DNA from: Raillietiella orientalis
Taxonomy: Eukaryota
NCBI GenBank assembly: GCA_036172245.1
Contig: JAYWIR010000024.1
Location: 1,426,001 to 1,490,000, forward strand
DNA: 64,000 bases
Direction of reading: 5' to 3'
Each line of letters starts with the position of its first letter. Position 1 is the stretch's first letter. Of the stretch, positions 1 to 13,229 are shown one piece after another. Below the pieces are notes generated by a model. The model searched no databases and was not told the origin of the DNA. It saw only the letters and a list, made by a program, of their open reading frames with translations. The translations under genes were made by a program, and so were the position numbers.

Positions 1-424
1 GTGCTTGGCACGCCATTCTGGTAGTATACATCGAAAAGTACTGTACCCGAAAGTGTCGTGAAGAGCGCTCAACCAAACTGATTGTTCACTTTCTGTACAG
101 CGAAGGGTAAAATACAACTGCGTGTCTTAAAGCGGGTTTGGATTTTTTCATTCCTGCTTGTACATTGTGTGCGCTTATCAGTTTGCCAATGTGTGGGTGA
201 GAAGGAATATTGCTCTACCCCTTTCACTTCGTTTTCAGATATCTCTGCAAATTCCATCATTCCCATTTTCTATCGAGCCTTATTATATTATGGGACATTA
301 TATATTTGTCTGTTTGGAAACCTTTGCTCTTTCCTTGAGTTGATCTGTGCCCTCAGTTCTTTCTCAAACATATCATCATAAATGTCCTGCAGCGTGAGAG
401 ATGCAATATTCAAGTAAATAGTGA

Positions 425-1320
425 TTTCACACCCGGGTGCGCGGGGGCGTTTATTTCTCTTAGGGGGATCGATGGAGCCAAAGGCTCACCGATCCCAATT
501 ATTACACTAAAACTAAGGGGAGGCCAGGGAGGTCCATCACCTCCACGAAGGGGAAGAGGTTTAAAACAAAACTAGAAAAAAAAAAAAGAAACAAACTATA
601 ACAAACAACAAAAACCAACAAAAAAAATTAGTTCGGGGGAAGGGAAGGGATCACATTTCGTGGTGGGTGAGGCCTCTGCATCCGTTGAAGGATGCCGGCG
701 AGCTCCTCCTTCTCCCTTTCCAGATGGCACCATCTCGAAGCTGTGTGTAGGAAGCGGATGGCGTGCAGGGCAGCCCCCCCGTCGCTCCGACCTCTCTCGG
801 AGTTGCACTTGGCTGCGACGACACCGCTCACGCAGCGCAGAGCTGCTGTTGCGGCTGCGGGCGTCATGGCATCTCGCACGAAGAGGGATCTCAAAGAGTC
901 TCTGAGATCGTCCACGGGGTGCGGAAGTGGCGTGGAGAAACCTTCTCACAAGACCCGGAAGATGACGCACTGCACTAAGAGGTGGGGGAAAGTCTCCTTC
1001 TCTCCCCACCTGGCACAGTTAGGCGATGCGCTTCCCCTCGTCCAGTGGCGCCGTCGCGGATTGCACGGGAGATCTCAGTGCAGTATCAGCAACGCCGATT
1101 GCTGCCACTTGAGAGGAAGCAGCTTACTGTCCCTAAACACAAGGGGCACTTCCAACTCTTCGGGCCGAGTGGAGAAGAGTTCGCCCCAACGTTCCAATCC
1201 TTTGGAGACGGTTCTTGCTGTTGCCGTGACAACCAGCTGACTCGTAGTCCAGCCACCTATTGGCTTTCTGCGGGCCGAGATCTCGCAGGAAACCTCCCAC
1301 TTCGCCGGTAGGCAGGTACC
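425..1320 (-). mobile_element. L1/Tx1-like LINE 3' fragment, subfamily B
   Basis: ERWGELFSTRPEEL...VRDAMTP...IRFLHTASRWCHLEREKEELAGIL, then a T-rich UTR, AATAAACG and a hairpin at about 430-455. Confidence 0.75.
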
Positions 1321-1959
1321 ATGTACCTCGATAGAGGAGGACACCACTGCAGCGAAGGGGACGGATGGCTGGTGGGTAGGGTGCCAACATAGTCATCTCA
1401 CTACCACCGCCTCCAGTGTTCTTCCGCTGTTCTTCTGAAACTCTCGGCAGCGGGTAACTTCTGGAGGGGCCCGGGTGATCTGAGCCCATGTCTTCACTTT
1501 CTTCTGCCGCCATGCCGGAGTATTTGCAGGGCGGCAGCGAATCCACGTGTTCGCTCTCACCAGAGCAGCGACACACTAGTGAGGGAAGCCGCAAGATGGG
1601 AGCCGGCGGTGGTGACACGCAAACAGGGTTGAGAGTCCTTCGCCACCGACCCCCAGCCGGGAGAGCAAACATGCAGGGGCGCACCAATGGGTAATACAGT
1701 TCTGTGCCACGAAGACCAGTCTTCGAAAGTTCAACTGAACTTCCATGTGCTCCAAGTAAATAGTGATCAGTGAATATGACTGTCACATGTCTTAGAGGCT
1801 ACCTTTTTTTTAATGAAACAAGTTGAAACATGTATTCTATTACTCTATGAAATAGAGTGGACAATTTTTACCTTTCTTCATGATCCTTGATTTATCAGCA
1901 TTTGGAAATCCAAGTCCACTATGGCTTTTCCGTTTCATTTTCTGCCAAATGTGCAGGGA

Positions 1960-2200
1960 ATCGCTCTCGCTTGCTTCCTTGCACTCTGTGAAGAGGCGAC
2001 GACTCGGAGGGTCCCCCCAGCAACGGGGAGGGTCTGCTCCTTTGAACAACTGGAGAGTGCCCGTGAGGGCTCCTGCTTCATCTTGAAACCGGAGGGGTCC
2101 CCCGGTGAGGGGGGTCCGCTCTCCGTTGTACGACCGGAGGGGGAACTCCCCACTCCTTTATTCCTGGAAGGACCCGAAGGTCGACTCCCATTGTTCCGGC
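1960..2200 (-). mobile_element. Internal fragment of the tRNA-headed repeat (H1)
   Basis: ATTCCTGGAAGGACCCGAAGGTCGACTCCCA and GGAGGGTCCCCC blocks shared with 19190-19305 and 40830-40935. Confidence 0.7.
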
Positions 2201-3639
2201 CTTCATAGGGGGCCTCCGGCTGACGACCACCGCCGGTGCCACGCCCGAATAATTAGGACAACCAGCGCCATTGCAGGAGAAACTCGGAACTCCAGAGCCA
2301 TTCCAGAAACAGTTTTTTTATTAATCCTAAATAAAGTTTCATTTTCTGCCAAATGGGTCCATAGGATCATTGATTTTGGCATTCAACGTTCCACGTTTCC
2401 TGATCAAAGGTCATCGCATCAGCGACTCCTGCAAGATCCACCGATCACTTCGGCAGCTTGCTCCGGTACGTCGACCGGAAAGATGTGATGTTTTTCATCC
2501 GGTCGTACCGAGGCGTTTATTTATGAAAAAAAAATTAAAAATAATAAATGGAGCATTCAGAAAAGTAAGTAACAGAGTCCCCTATGAATCACGGGGGGGG
2601 GGGGGGGAAGCGCACACAAAGAACAGGGGAAACTTGTTGGCCAGCCGGTCAACTCCAGGAATGCTTCAGAGCAACGGAAGGCAAAACAAAAGCAAAATGG
2701 TGACATCGTCACCGTCCCCCGAGGTCGAGAAGTGGACAGTGGAGTCGTCGTAGTGGACGGCCTGATCGGCTTTCTCTCGTGCGACTTGTGGAGAGATCTG
2801 CCGGTAGCGGGCAGTGCCACCGCGAGACGAAGGTGATTGCAGCACCCACGCGCTGCCGGAAGGAAGCAGCGCGATTCAAAGGCATGGGTGCGCTGCTCCC
2901 GCTGGACCTTCAATGAGGATGCCTGTCCACCTTTGCGTCGCACTGCCTCAGGCGCGCAGGGAGTTGCCGAAGAGAAAGGTCCTTAACCCTTTGAGCGCTA
3001 TGGATGCATATCTGCGTCCGACGATAACTATCAGCGTGCGCAATTATGTGTTCGGCAAAAATTATCGGCGTGGACTGTGGACTCGAATATGCGTCTGGCA
3101 AATGTTTTTACCTTATACTCGCGACATAAGCTAACACTATCAGTGCTTGAGATGGACGACTTACGTTCTTATAATTCATTCCCTTAGCAACGACAGTAAA
3201 CAGAATTCTATCTATGTAGGCTAACGATTCTCAGCCTTCCTCGGTGTCGCATATAATTTATTATACTGTTTTCTATCTTTGTGATATCTTAAAAATGTGA
3301 GTGATTGATGGATTGATTGATTCGAATTACAATTATAATTTTTAAATAAATAATTCATGTTTGGGAAAAAGGAAAACATTTTTATTTGATGTGGTGTAAA
3401 TAAACAATTGCAATAGTTACTTTAATCGGCACTTTATAAAGTCGATTGGTTCCTCTGATAGAACACGTGGTACGCGAAAAAGCATTCCGTCCACGGAGAT
3501 GCCACTGAGACTCGCGGGCCGTCAACACGGAATGTTTCAACCTGATGAACTCCGAGCTCAAAGGGACTCAAAGTGAGGCTCGCGGCACCGCTGCAGGGAT
3601 GTCAGTGCGCACCGGCTGCAAGTCGTCCCTCTGAAGCAA

Positions 3640-4970
3640 AGAATTCAAGAAACGAAGGACGCCCTCGTGATTCCCTGGTTCCTTCCCGTTCCATGGGAGA
3701 TGGAACTGTGGATGCAGCGGATGCCACGACTCAGGATTGGACTCTGAAAAATGGTCCTCCTGCCGAAAAACTCCTTGACGGCTGGAAGACGAGTGAGCTG
3801 GTGAACATTGTCAATCCTCGTTCCCGGGAGAAGGGGGATCCTTCGGTGCAACGAGCTGCGCCCAGTATGCTCCCGAACTCGCGGTCCCTCCTTTGTGCGC
3901 GAAAACTTCGGTGTTCCTATTAAGATGGAATAGGGTCTTCCGCTGTTTCTGCACTGGAACTTCCGCTGCAACCAGCACAGGCACCCGTCTTCCGTGGGAC
4001 TTGCACCCCCAAACTGCGTGAGGTGCGGGGCCCTCGTTGGCGGCTGCAGATGATAGCGGTCTCGAAGCGTGGCACCGAGCGTTGCGGGTTCGAATCCCCA
4101 CGTGGAGGGACGCCAGAGGAATAAGTGCCTCGTCGTGGGTTCGAATTCCCTCCGCAAAATGTCAAAAGGGCCTGCGGGGCTGCGGTTAAGGCACTGGTGG
4201 ACGCCGCATGCTCCCGTTGACTGCCCGGGATCCGAAGTTGACCCTCCGGGGTCCTTCCAGCAATCAAGGAGCCCTTCGGAGTTTCCCTTCGGCTGTGCAA
4301 ATGAAGTCGTCCTTCTCCACTCGGAGGGTGCCACGGAGTTCGATCGATATCCCTCCAGAGCGTGAAGAAGCGCACTGCTTCCTTCAGGAGCGACTCTTTA
4401 GAGAAAAGTTGGAAGAGTCCCTTCGGGGTTCTATTCAGAGGGGGGAACGGAGAACGGATCCTTTCCGGAGGATCCCCTCCGGAGAGAACGAAAAAGAGCT
4501 CCCCTTCGGGGTTCCCTCCAGGAAATCTAGCGGAGACTCGCTTCGGTTCCGCTCCTCCATCCTGAGGACAGCGCTACGGATTCTCTGTGATGTTCCTCTC
4601 AAGGGAGGCGGGCTGACGGCAGGGATCTCGATCGAAGCGACATACACATGGCATCCTCGCCATCGTTGGCGCCCTCCATTTGCTGGGGTCTTGGATGCAG
4701 CGAAGGGAGGCCATCCGTACGGCGGCCGCCTTGATGAGGACGGCTGCAAGGTGGCCCATTCGGTCGAAGAAATCGTCACCATGCAGAGCCGGATTTAGGA
4801 ACGAAGGAGCGTTCCGAACCGAAGCCTCCCTATCCTCCCTTCGTTTTTCCCCCGTTTACTGTCCCATCGCTCCCCACCCCGGTCTGCCCTTAAAAGCCGG
4901 CCTGAGTGCCGGCCATCATTCCCGTTTCAACTTCTTTTTGTTCTTAACTTAATCCCGGCGTGACCGGGTC
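3640..4970 (+). mobile_element. LINE 3' fragment, subfamily A (3640-4027 and about 4540-4970), interrupted by H2
   Basis: GWKTSEL block shared with 16020 and 31380; zinc-finger start PNCVRCG at about 4010; AALMRTAARWP; hairpins at 4896-4913 and 4954-4968. Confidence 0.7.
4028..4530 (+). mobile_element. tRNA-headed structured repeat, copy H2 (nested within a LINE 3' fragment)
   Basis: B-box GGTTCGAATCC at 4087-4097, second B-box-like GGTTCGAATTC at 4138-4148, conserved block GACCCTCCGGGGTCCTTCCAG.AATCAAGGAG, and CCCTTCGGGG monomers. Confidence 0.8.
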
Positions 4971-5299
4971 AGCAACACGCCACCAACCCGGAGTATACGC
5001 ACGAGATGCGAATTTTCCCGGAAGGGCGACCCACACGACTCGAAAACTAGGGAGAACGGAGGGAAGAATGGTGCCCCATGTGCAAAGCCAACAGAAAGGG
5101 ACAGGTGACGGGGCACGGGGGAAGAAGCTCCACAACTGCAGCGGTTTGAGAGCTCTCCACAGAGCCAACGGACTGCGTTCTGGAGGTGGGAACTGCCACC
5201 AGAAATTCATGATGACCTCCTGTTTCTACTCCGGTGTGGCTCACGACTTCGGCAATGGGAGAGGAAGGACACTGAAGCCTGCAAAGCATGCAAGTAGAG

Positions 5300-6596
5300 A
5301 AAAGTCCAACACTGCGTGTTCACCTGCCAAACGCTCGTGCACGGCTGAAAAGCGACAAGCAGGTAGACCGGAAGTATACCGATAGGAAGATAAGAAGATA
5401 TTGCTGCACCTTCCATCGAGAACAGAAAATCAATATCTGCGCAGGGAGAGGGGGAATGGATGTCTTGGGCCGACATCAAGTCTGTCCGATGAAGCCGACA
5501 CCTTCATCATCGACAGGTACTTCAAGCTACCGACATCTCCAGATCTCGCTGTCAAGCATCTAGCTTAGCAGTCGCTCCGAGAGGTGGTAAATAAAAGACT
5601 ATTGTAGTCACCCACGGAGGAAGATTTAGGAAGATTCTTGTCTTGTGACACGACAGGAAAACCACTTGGACGTTTGAAAACGACGAGGTCACACTACAAG
5701 CTGCCTTCGAGGAGTCCATGAGGAAAAAAGTGACGCCGACGGTGCGCAACGCTCAGAGGGAACGAGCATGGCCGGAACTGACTAGGCAACATTCAGACCA
5801 AGGAGAGGCCATGCGATGCGTGGGACTGTTTCGTCCCTCCGGGTACTTCCTCACTACAGGAAGAGCATCTACGAGTTGCCGACTAACGCTTCGTCCATGC
5901 GGCTAGGTCAAAATTTTTGCCAATTAGGGGCATGGCGAGGAGACCCCAAGCAGAGAGAGCGTGCCGGCGCTGTGTCACCTGGGACGAGACTCTGCCTCGC
6001 ATTTTGAATCACTGCACGGCAAGACGCGGTAACATCGTGAATAGACTACTGGCAGCTGCAAAAGACACCGCAGGATGGGAGGGTGGTGTCGTCTAACCAG
6101 ACCGTCTTCCCGGGTGCAGCTCCAGCCCTGGTACTTCAAAAGGAGAACAGAATATACACACTAGATGCCACCTTCGAGAATGCGGAAGAAGCATTCGACC
6201 CAGCAAAGGCAGATCAAAAGAAGGAAGATACCAGGAGGTAGCCTTGCAGCTCCACGAGATGGGACGTCAGACTGAAGAGCCACAATCGTTGCCTCGCGAG
6301 GAACCCGGGATCCGAGAAACGATGCAGTACTTCGGGAGATTGGCATCCCTAGATCGCATGCGGGAAAAACGAGGCATCTGATTGTGACCTCCTGCATAAA
6401 ACACAGTAGAAAGATTTATTGAAAGTCTTGGTCACTCTCCAGACGACGCCATTAAGAAAAAGGAAGAGGAGAGCAAAGCAGAAGGAGCACCTCAGCTATA
6501 AATAAATATGATGAAGCCAGCGAAGATTTACAGGGCGATACAGCAGAGCTCTCCCCTTCATTTCTTGTAGACCCTGCAAAAGACAATTAAAACAAA
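5300..6596 (+). mobile_element. 5'-truncated, frameshifted Utopia-type (NeSL/R2 group, RLE) non-LTR retrotransposon
   Basis: Piecewise translation gives post-RT LHLPSRTENQYL...SDEADTFIIDRYFKL, then SDQGEAMRCV...SGYFLTTG...RFVHAAR, zinc knuckle CRRCVTWDETLPRILNHC, and RLE remnants LVLQKENRIYTLDATFENAEEAF...DPRNDAVLREIGI...IKHSRKIY. Its 3' end (AATTAAAACAAA) abuts U2 snRNA sequence. Confidence 0.8.
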
Positions 6597-6738
6597 TCTG
6601 GTCTTATCAGCTCAATATCTAATACGTCCCCCATCTGATGGCCAGGGTATTAAACTACTTTTTGGAAGTGGATGCGATGCTTGGGGTTTGCTCCTCTCCT
6701 GTTGACCCGGTATTGCAGTGCCTCCGAGATCGTCCCAC
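6597..6738 (+). pseudogene. U2: U2 snRNA 3' portion (from about nt 39), degenerate
   Basis: TCTGgTCTTATCAGcTcAATATCTaATACGTCC matches U2 TCTGTTCTTATCAGTTTAATATCTGATACGTCC. Also has an Sm-site-like TTTTTGGA and stem-loop IV GACCCGGTATTGCAGTGCCTCCG. The 5' ~38 nt of U2 are absent. Confidence 0.9.
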
Positions 6739-6879
6739 TACTCCCCATTACGGACCCGGATCTCCTGCTCCCGGCGAGATGCACTGCATGGCTCTAGGAG
6801 TCAGTTTCCTCTTGGGGAAAGATCCACGGGTCGAGCGAGACGGAGTACCCTGCCTCCAGAAAGAAAGGCACGCTCGACA

Positions 6880-7810
6880 GCCACTGCAGGAGATCGTCTG
6901 CAACCCACGCAAGCTGCTCTGGGCTTCGTTCGCTCCCCTTGCTACGGTGCTGCCCTTCCTCAAGAACGCAAGGGATAGCAACCTTCCTGCAAGGTGGGAG
7001 GTGCCCCGCCGCAACGAAGGCAGGAAAAAACTTCTGGACTCGTGGACAACTCGACAACTAGGGGACTCTGCTACCTCAAGTGTCCCACCAAAAAAACTGT
7101 TACTTTGGGGCGAGCTGCTCCGGATATCACCAGAAGAGGTAGCTCCCAGAGTGCTGAAACAGTGGCACCCTCCCCCTCAAGTGGCAGGAGTTGGCGTTGC
7201 TAATGCTGCATTGGGGAATACCCTGTAGAGCACGCCTCCATCATTGGACACAGGGGAGTATGGATGTCGAATGCGAAAGATGCGCTGGGAAGATCTTCCC
7301 GTACCTTCTGCTGGATTGTGCCGCCCTTTGACCCATTTGGGACCGTCCCTCCACGATCCTAGGTATCCCGGTAGGTGGCCTTAGGGGCATTTTTCGATTT
7401 CCCTTCATGCGTGCCGCTCTTCCGCCACGCGTGTCCCTCGTAGTTCTTTGCTGCGTCCGCGGAATCCGGCAGCCTGGAACGAGGGAGGAAGAGACCAGAA
7501 TGGCAGGGACGCCATCCGCTGGGAGCGGATCTTTTGGAAGATCGCCTCAAGGTGGCCCCACTTGGGCAGCACGAGAACAATACTTGTCAGCATCCTGGAA
7601 AGGATGTGGAGGACGTCTCCCAGAGAAACGTGATCTCTTCCCCGGTACCCCTTCTTCTCCAAACTTTTCCTTCCCCCCTTTTTTTTTTTTTGTCCGTTGT
7701 TTTGCGGTTCCCCTCCCCCTTCGCTGCTGGAGCGGACCTCGCCGTACGGGTGATCGGCAAGTTGGACGGACATGGTAAACCAAGTGCTTCACCACATGAC
7801 CAATTAATTG
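6880..7810 (+). mobile_element. LINE 3' fragment, subfamily B
   Basis: LWGELLRISPEEV...PPPQVA and RDAIRWERIFWKIASRWPHLGSTRTILVSIL, homologous to the other B copies. Confidence 0.75.
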
Positions 7811-8429
7811 TACTTCTATTATCTTCAGTAATAAATTCTCCTGCAAAACTGGGTGAAAAACTTCTCATTACGGGAGGATCGAAAGGCAAATGCAAAGTGA
7901 GATTTACGTTCCGCGCTCCCTCGGGAGGGGAGTTGCAAGGGCTTGCAAGACGAGACCTGAATGGACAACCCAAATGGGAGCTTTGAATGAGAAGCGATCG
8001 CCCTCCCTTGGAGGAAGGCGGGTCTCGTTTCCTTCACCGTGAGCATCGTGATAAGCAGATGGAAGCTTCGCCAAAATTAGGACGTGGCATGCGTCGAAAC
8101 ATTCGATGGACTGCTGCTAAAGAAGGAGATCACAAAAAAGTCGTTGAGGAAAGGTGCTAAGGTACACCTTGTAATAGACTTCGCGCAGGTGCCTGTTCGA
8201 AATGCAAGGAAACCACCGTTCTACTCTTAAGCGGAACGATCGATCTATTTACAAAAAGTGTACAGATTTCAAGCTGCTCTTTGTACTGGGGTGTGGGAAG
8301 GCATCGACTTCGGAGCGTTTTATTGTTCTTTTCTTCACCGAGTTGTTTGCTGAAATTCCTGCTCTGAAATGAATTCTCCGCACCTCTTGTCGAACGGAAA
8401 AGACGGGTGAGGCGACGCACCTTGCACGG

Positions 8430-8960
8430 AGAGTGCGGATGGGCCGACTCAAGCTGCCCACAGTCCGGTTCGCACCCGCGTAAGGAAAGTACCATCGAGT
8501 GCACGAGCCTCCCCGACTTAATTAAGCACGGCATCGGTCTAATCAATGAGCAAGCAGATCAAGAGATCAAGGGAAAGTCATGCGATGCGCCGGACCGCTC
8601 TGGGAGCTAATTTTCCTCCTGACATCAAGGGAGTACTTGCGTTTCACTGACTTTGGTTTCGTCCACGCTGCCCGGCTTAGCCTTCTTCCTTATAAAAATG
8701 ATCTCGGGACGCCGAACTCGGTGTCCTGACTCTGGAGAGGACGGAGCTCCAGCTCCGGTGTAGAAGGTTAGCAGCGAAGCAGCAAAGTTCTGGACCACCC
8801 ATTTGTGCGTCACAGCCAGTCTCCTGGCCAAGAGAGCAGCCGGCACCAAGGGACTCTGTACGTTGCATGACCACCGTGAGTTGCACCGATGTGGGTGGCG
8901 ACTCCTGCAAAAGGTTGACACCAGGTCACCACCTGTGGCAGGACGTTTGATCCTGCCACG
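8430..8960 (-). mobile_element. R2-like non-LTR retrotransposon C-terminal (zinc knuckle/RLE) fragment
   Basis: Translation FCRSRH...LAVTHKWVVQNFAASL...RVRRPEIIFIRKK...SVDETKV, and downstream MVLSLRGC, resemble the RHN.VV, RPDII, VD.KV and LSWRG motifs of RLE elements. Heavily decayed. Confidence 0.5.
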
Positions 8961-8964
8961 TTGC

Positions 8965-9450
8965 TTATAACTACGAGAAGGAACCTGCCGGAAACTGGCA
9001 CGCAGTTCGTCAGGGTCCACCTCGACAGCACAAGGGAAGGGGAGACAAACAAAAAGAAAAAAGAAACAAAAAACATGTACAAAAAATTGGAGGGGGTTCG
9101 GGAAGGGATCGCAGGATGCTGGAAGGAGTTCTCTACATTCTTTGCAAGTTCCTGTTTCAAGACTCCCAGATGGAACCATCTTGACGCTGTTCTCACGAAG
9201 AGGACAGCAAAATAGATGGCGTCCTTGTCCTTCAGGACTCCTCTGGAGTTGCTCCATGCAGCCACGATCCCGCCGCGTAGGCAACGAAGTGCTGCTAGGG
9301 ATGCGGCCGGCGTGTTGCGTAGAAAGAGGAGCTTTATTCTGGGGCTGCCCTCAGGGATCCGCAGGGATGCGGAAAAGCGTTCCCACAGGAGAAAGAAGGC
9401 AATACAATCCAGGAGCAGGTGCGGGAGGGACTCTCTTTCTCCGGACCTGT
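8965..9450 (-). mobile_element. LINE 3' fragment, subfamily B
   Basis: VPPAPAPGL...KDAIYFAVLFVRTASRWFHLGVLKQELAKNV, T-rich UTR and a degenerate tail structure. Confidence 0.75.
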
Positions 9451-11949
9451 TGCCGTTCGGGCTTACACTCTCCCGGGTCCAATGATGTCGGCAGGCCCCA
9501 ATGCAACAGCAGGAACGTCGATTCTTTGGAGAAGCTCAGCAGCTCCGGAGTTCTCCGAGAAGAGAGAGGAAAAAGAGTGCGACTCGGCACTTGCTGCTAC
9601 AGAAGCAAGCCCCATGGAGCCAACCGTCGTCGTGAGATGCAGCGGTGCATGGGGAGATAGGGTGTTGAAAGGACTGCAAATTAACAGGAGGCGAGTCGAG
9701 AAGGTCACAAAGGAGAGGTGAGTCAGCAAGACCCGGAGCTCTCGGGAAATGTACTGGCACCATCAGACATGTGTGAGCAGCCGACAACGAGGAAATCCTC
9801 GAGCAGAATAGCAGGATTGGAAAAATCTCCTCCGACGTTCCGTTTACTCACCATCAGGAATGTTCTCTGAGGACACTGGTGTTACCTTTAAAGGGGAAAG
9901 AGACCTCCCACTGAGCCGCTGGCAACCGTTTTTGGGAAGGCGACTCTGAAGCTATAGGAGCGTTGGATTCGAAGTCCTGTTTAATGGGTTCTTCCTTGGT
10001 CTTATCCTCATCCAAGGGTGAGCGTGCCTCGATGCCCGAGGGGAAACAGGTACGAGAAAATTTTCGTGAGAAAATCAGGAAGTCAGGCAGGATGCGTGGT
10101 TCCCTTCTGCACAGAGTGGCAGATGAGTTCATCAGTGTGTGATGACCGCCCCAGGGAATGTCAGGGTCTTGTGAAAATCCCTGATGAAGCCGGCATCTCC
10201 ACTGTAGCTTGCCACCGGAAACCTCCTTACCTCTATAGATTCGGCCTATCTCTGCACTTTTTGCTCTGCGTGATGCAGCTGCCGGAAGAATGGCAGACAC
10301 GCCTCCAGATGTCGATCTCAGCAGATTTACGGTCCGGAGGCATGAACGCAAAAGTCGATGTAAATTTGTGCGAGGTCTGCTCGCCGGTGGACGTTGGGCT
10401 CCATCCGGAGGGTGGACAAGGTGGACCTTCGACGGAAAAAGCCACCGGAGATCTTGCTTTTGAGCGCTACACGAGTCCCCGGTTTGTAGCTGGCGTCCGC
10501 TCTGTGCTGCGCAATGATGCGTGGACGTTCCTTGTAGAAAATTATAGAGATCAAGGGGAGATTACGGGTTGCGCACACCATCTCGAACAATCCTCCGGAG
10601 AGAACGGAGTTTAATTTCGAGGATGCTGGCTGGAATCAGGTTTGGAGGAAGAAGAAGAAGAAAAGCAAGTCTGTTCGCCATTAAGAGAAGCAATCGCGAA
10701 ACGGGGAGGAAAAAGATAGCCCGAGCGCGGTACCTCGATCGATGGGCGGAACACGACGACGGTGCTGCCATCCCTGAAGAGTTGGCGGCAATGCCGAAGT
10801 CTCCAGGATGGGCCACTTAGAAGAAGATCTCGGACGGCAAGAGCCGAAGACGTGTCGCAAGTTTTCACACCCCCGGTTGGCTCCTGCGCCACCATTGCGA
10901 GACCCGCATAACAGCCTCCGGGACCGAAAGTCCGAAAGCGGTACGTTTCCCCGCGTGAAGATGGAGCCACGGCTTCTGAGTGCGGGGCACTGCTGGTGGA
11001 ACCTACTAGAGAGCACTGCGATCCAGGACTATGGGCGGGAAAAGGCGAAAGGGACGCGCGACCGCTCCCGCGCTTCCTGTTCCACTTGCACGCAACCCGC
11101 TTGCGAGAGACGAGGGAGCGAAAAACGCGCCATTCCCAGAAGTACTGCCTTTTCCCGCCGAAAATGCCTGTTGAAACGGCGGGTTGCGCGAGTACTGCAA
11201 GAGGAGAGGGCTGTAGGGAAGGCCCACCCTTGCAACGCCCCTTGGTGGGGCTGCTCCGCGACGTGGCGATGAAGGAAGCCGCAGGTGTCACCGCTGGCAC
11301 GCGCCGGATGCAATACTGGCGATGCGGCTCCGCACGCTGGCGCGAGCCGAGCCTTTCTGCTAAAGCCAGCCGTGGCAGACATCGTGGGTGACGTACGGCT
11401 GGGCGGCGAAGAGATGAAGCGGGGCAAACTGTCCGAATCGATCGACCTCGCTTTGAATGTTTGCGTCCCGAGCAGCCGCGCCGTGCACGGCGTTGGAGCT
11501 CAAGCGTGGGTGGTTGGCTGGTGCAGACGCGAGGAGACACCAGCTGACAGCAGAGATTTCACATCATCCTGATGCCAGTGTGGCCGGCCGAGGTTGGTGG
11601 ACGAGCTCTGCGCGACCGTAAAGCTCGTTGGGGCGGGACGTCCGCCTGGAGTGGAGGACAGCTACCAACCATGCTCCCCGGACGGCTACCTGCGTATCGC
11701 GGGTTTGTAGCAGAGGCAGGGCACGACCTCCAGATCGACCTTGGGTACTCTGGTCTTTGTCGTGGGCGGATGCACTTAGTTACATCCGGTCATGCCGGAG
11801 CTTCTGTTGTAGAAATTTCATTTACATGCAGCCAGTGGTGCAAAGAAGAAATCTTGGAGTGCAAGTCCAGAGGCTTCTCTGCTCGCAATCAGAGTGTCCA
11901 AGAAAGGCCGCACACACACCCACATACAAAGAAAAAAGACCAGGGGATT

Positions 11950-12900
11950 AGCAACGAAGAGAAACGAAAACCCAAGATTAAAAAATTAAAAAAAAAACAA
12001 GCAGTAAGAAAAGAAGGAAGTTCCTTATGAATCGAAAGACAAGAAGTTCGCTTGGCAGTTCTTGCCCACTCGCAGGTCAGTTAAAGAAACGGTTGGGATG
12101 GAAGGACGTAGAAATAAATAAATAACGAGAAGGATGGGATTCCCCGCTCCTTCTCTAAAACTGCTGCAAGATGGCGACCATCTCCCTGATGACTTTTGCC
12201 TTCCTATGGGGACCGCCTGCAGGTCTTCCTCATGAGGAAGTCTTTGAGGAAGTCCGAGAGCAGGAGGCTTCTCAGCTCGCACGCAAGCGTGCCCAGCAAA
12301 CTCCGCACGCACACGCACACACAAAAGATGAGGGGAGTAGAAAGAAAACAAAACAACAACAAAATGTTCTGAGCTTTGGGGGGAGAAGGGAAGGGATGGC
12401 AGCAGCCTCCCTGGCGCCCTCTGCATCCTGCGCGGGATGCTGCCAAGTTCCTCCTTGTAGTATCGCAAACGCTTTCAGCTTAGCCCCAGCCTCGGGAGGA
12501 AAAGACGCGACAGGGATGGTCGTCTCTGCTGCGGTGGCTGCTTCCGGCGTTGTTTCTCGCAGCACGGAGTGCACGGAGACGGCCGTGGAGCACTGCCGGC
12601 GCCGTCGCGCTGCACGTGGAAGAGGCGCCCCTCGGCACGTCCCCGAGGTGGCTGCGCCGGGAGCCGGGGGCACGAGGGAAAGACGTTCCTACGACATCCG
12701 GAAGGCAAAGCGATCCGCCAGCAGGAGCGGGTGATTCCCACTTCCATGCGGATGGCGCATCCCCGAGCGACGCTTTCCCTGCACTCGGAGGTGTGCACCC
12801 GGTGTTGCTCGGCTGAGGGGACGCGCGCCCTTCGTGCGCTCTGCGCAGACGCGCACCTCGAGCCACCGCGAGTGTCTGCGGCGCCGTATTTCCCGTGTTG
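11950..12900 (-). mobile_element. Diverged LINE 3' fragments (probably two adjacent pieces)
   Basis: GGAACTTGGCAGCATCCCG motif (about 12430-12450, reverse complement), T-rich UTRs and a GACCTGCGAGT loop at about 12070. Confidence 0.5.
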
Positions 12901-13229
12901 GGCGCAGGCGGCTGCTGTCTCGACGGCGAGGGGGTGTGCTAGAAGAGAAGACCTTTCCTCCGGTCACGCCAGGACGCTTCCTTCTAAATAAAGAACACAA
13001 CTGAATCGTTTACGAGGATTAGAGTTCCTTGTCATCTTTCGCCTCCCTTCCCCCTCCCTCCTACTCCTCCCGAAAACAAACAAATAAACAAAAAGAATTC
13101 AGTCTGAAGCTTTGCTGGCCTGCAGGTGAGCTGCACAAATTACCCCGCGCATTGGGGAGGTCAGAGGGTAGACAGATCAATACACAAATAACTGGTGGGT
13201 AAAGGGTAGGGAGCACTGGAACCTGCAAG

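Noticed and set aside
4028..4110. Functional tRNA genes at the GGTTCGAATCC motifs
   Set aside because: Anticodon and D arms vary between copies, and each motif is embedded in the same longer dispersed repeat. These are tRNA-derived heads, and no isotype can be assigned by eye.
4028..4970. A third bipartite head-plus-tail element
   Set aside because: The LINE sequence upstream (3640-4027) is collinear with the part after 4540, so the head is better explained as nested in a LINE fragment.
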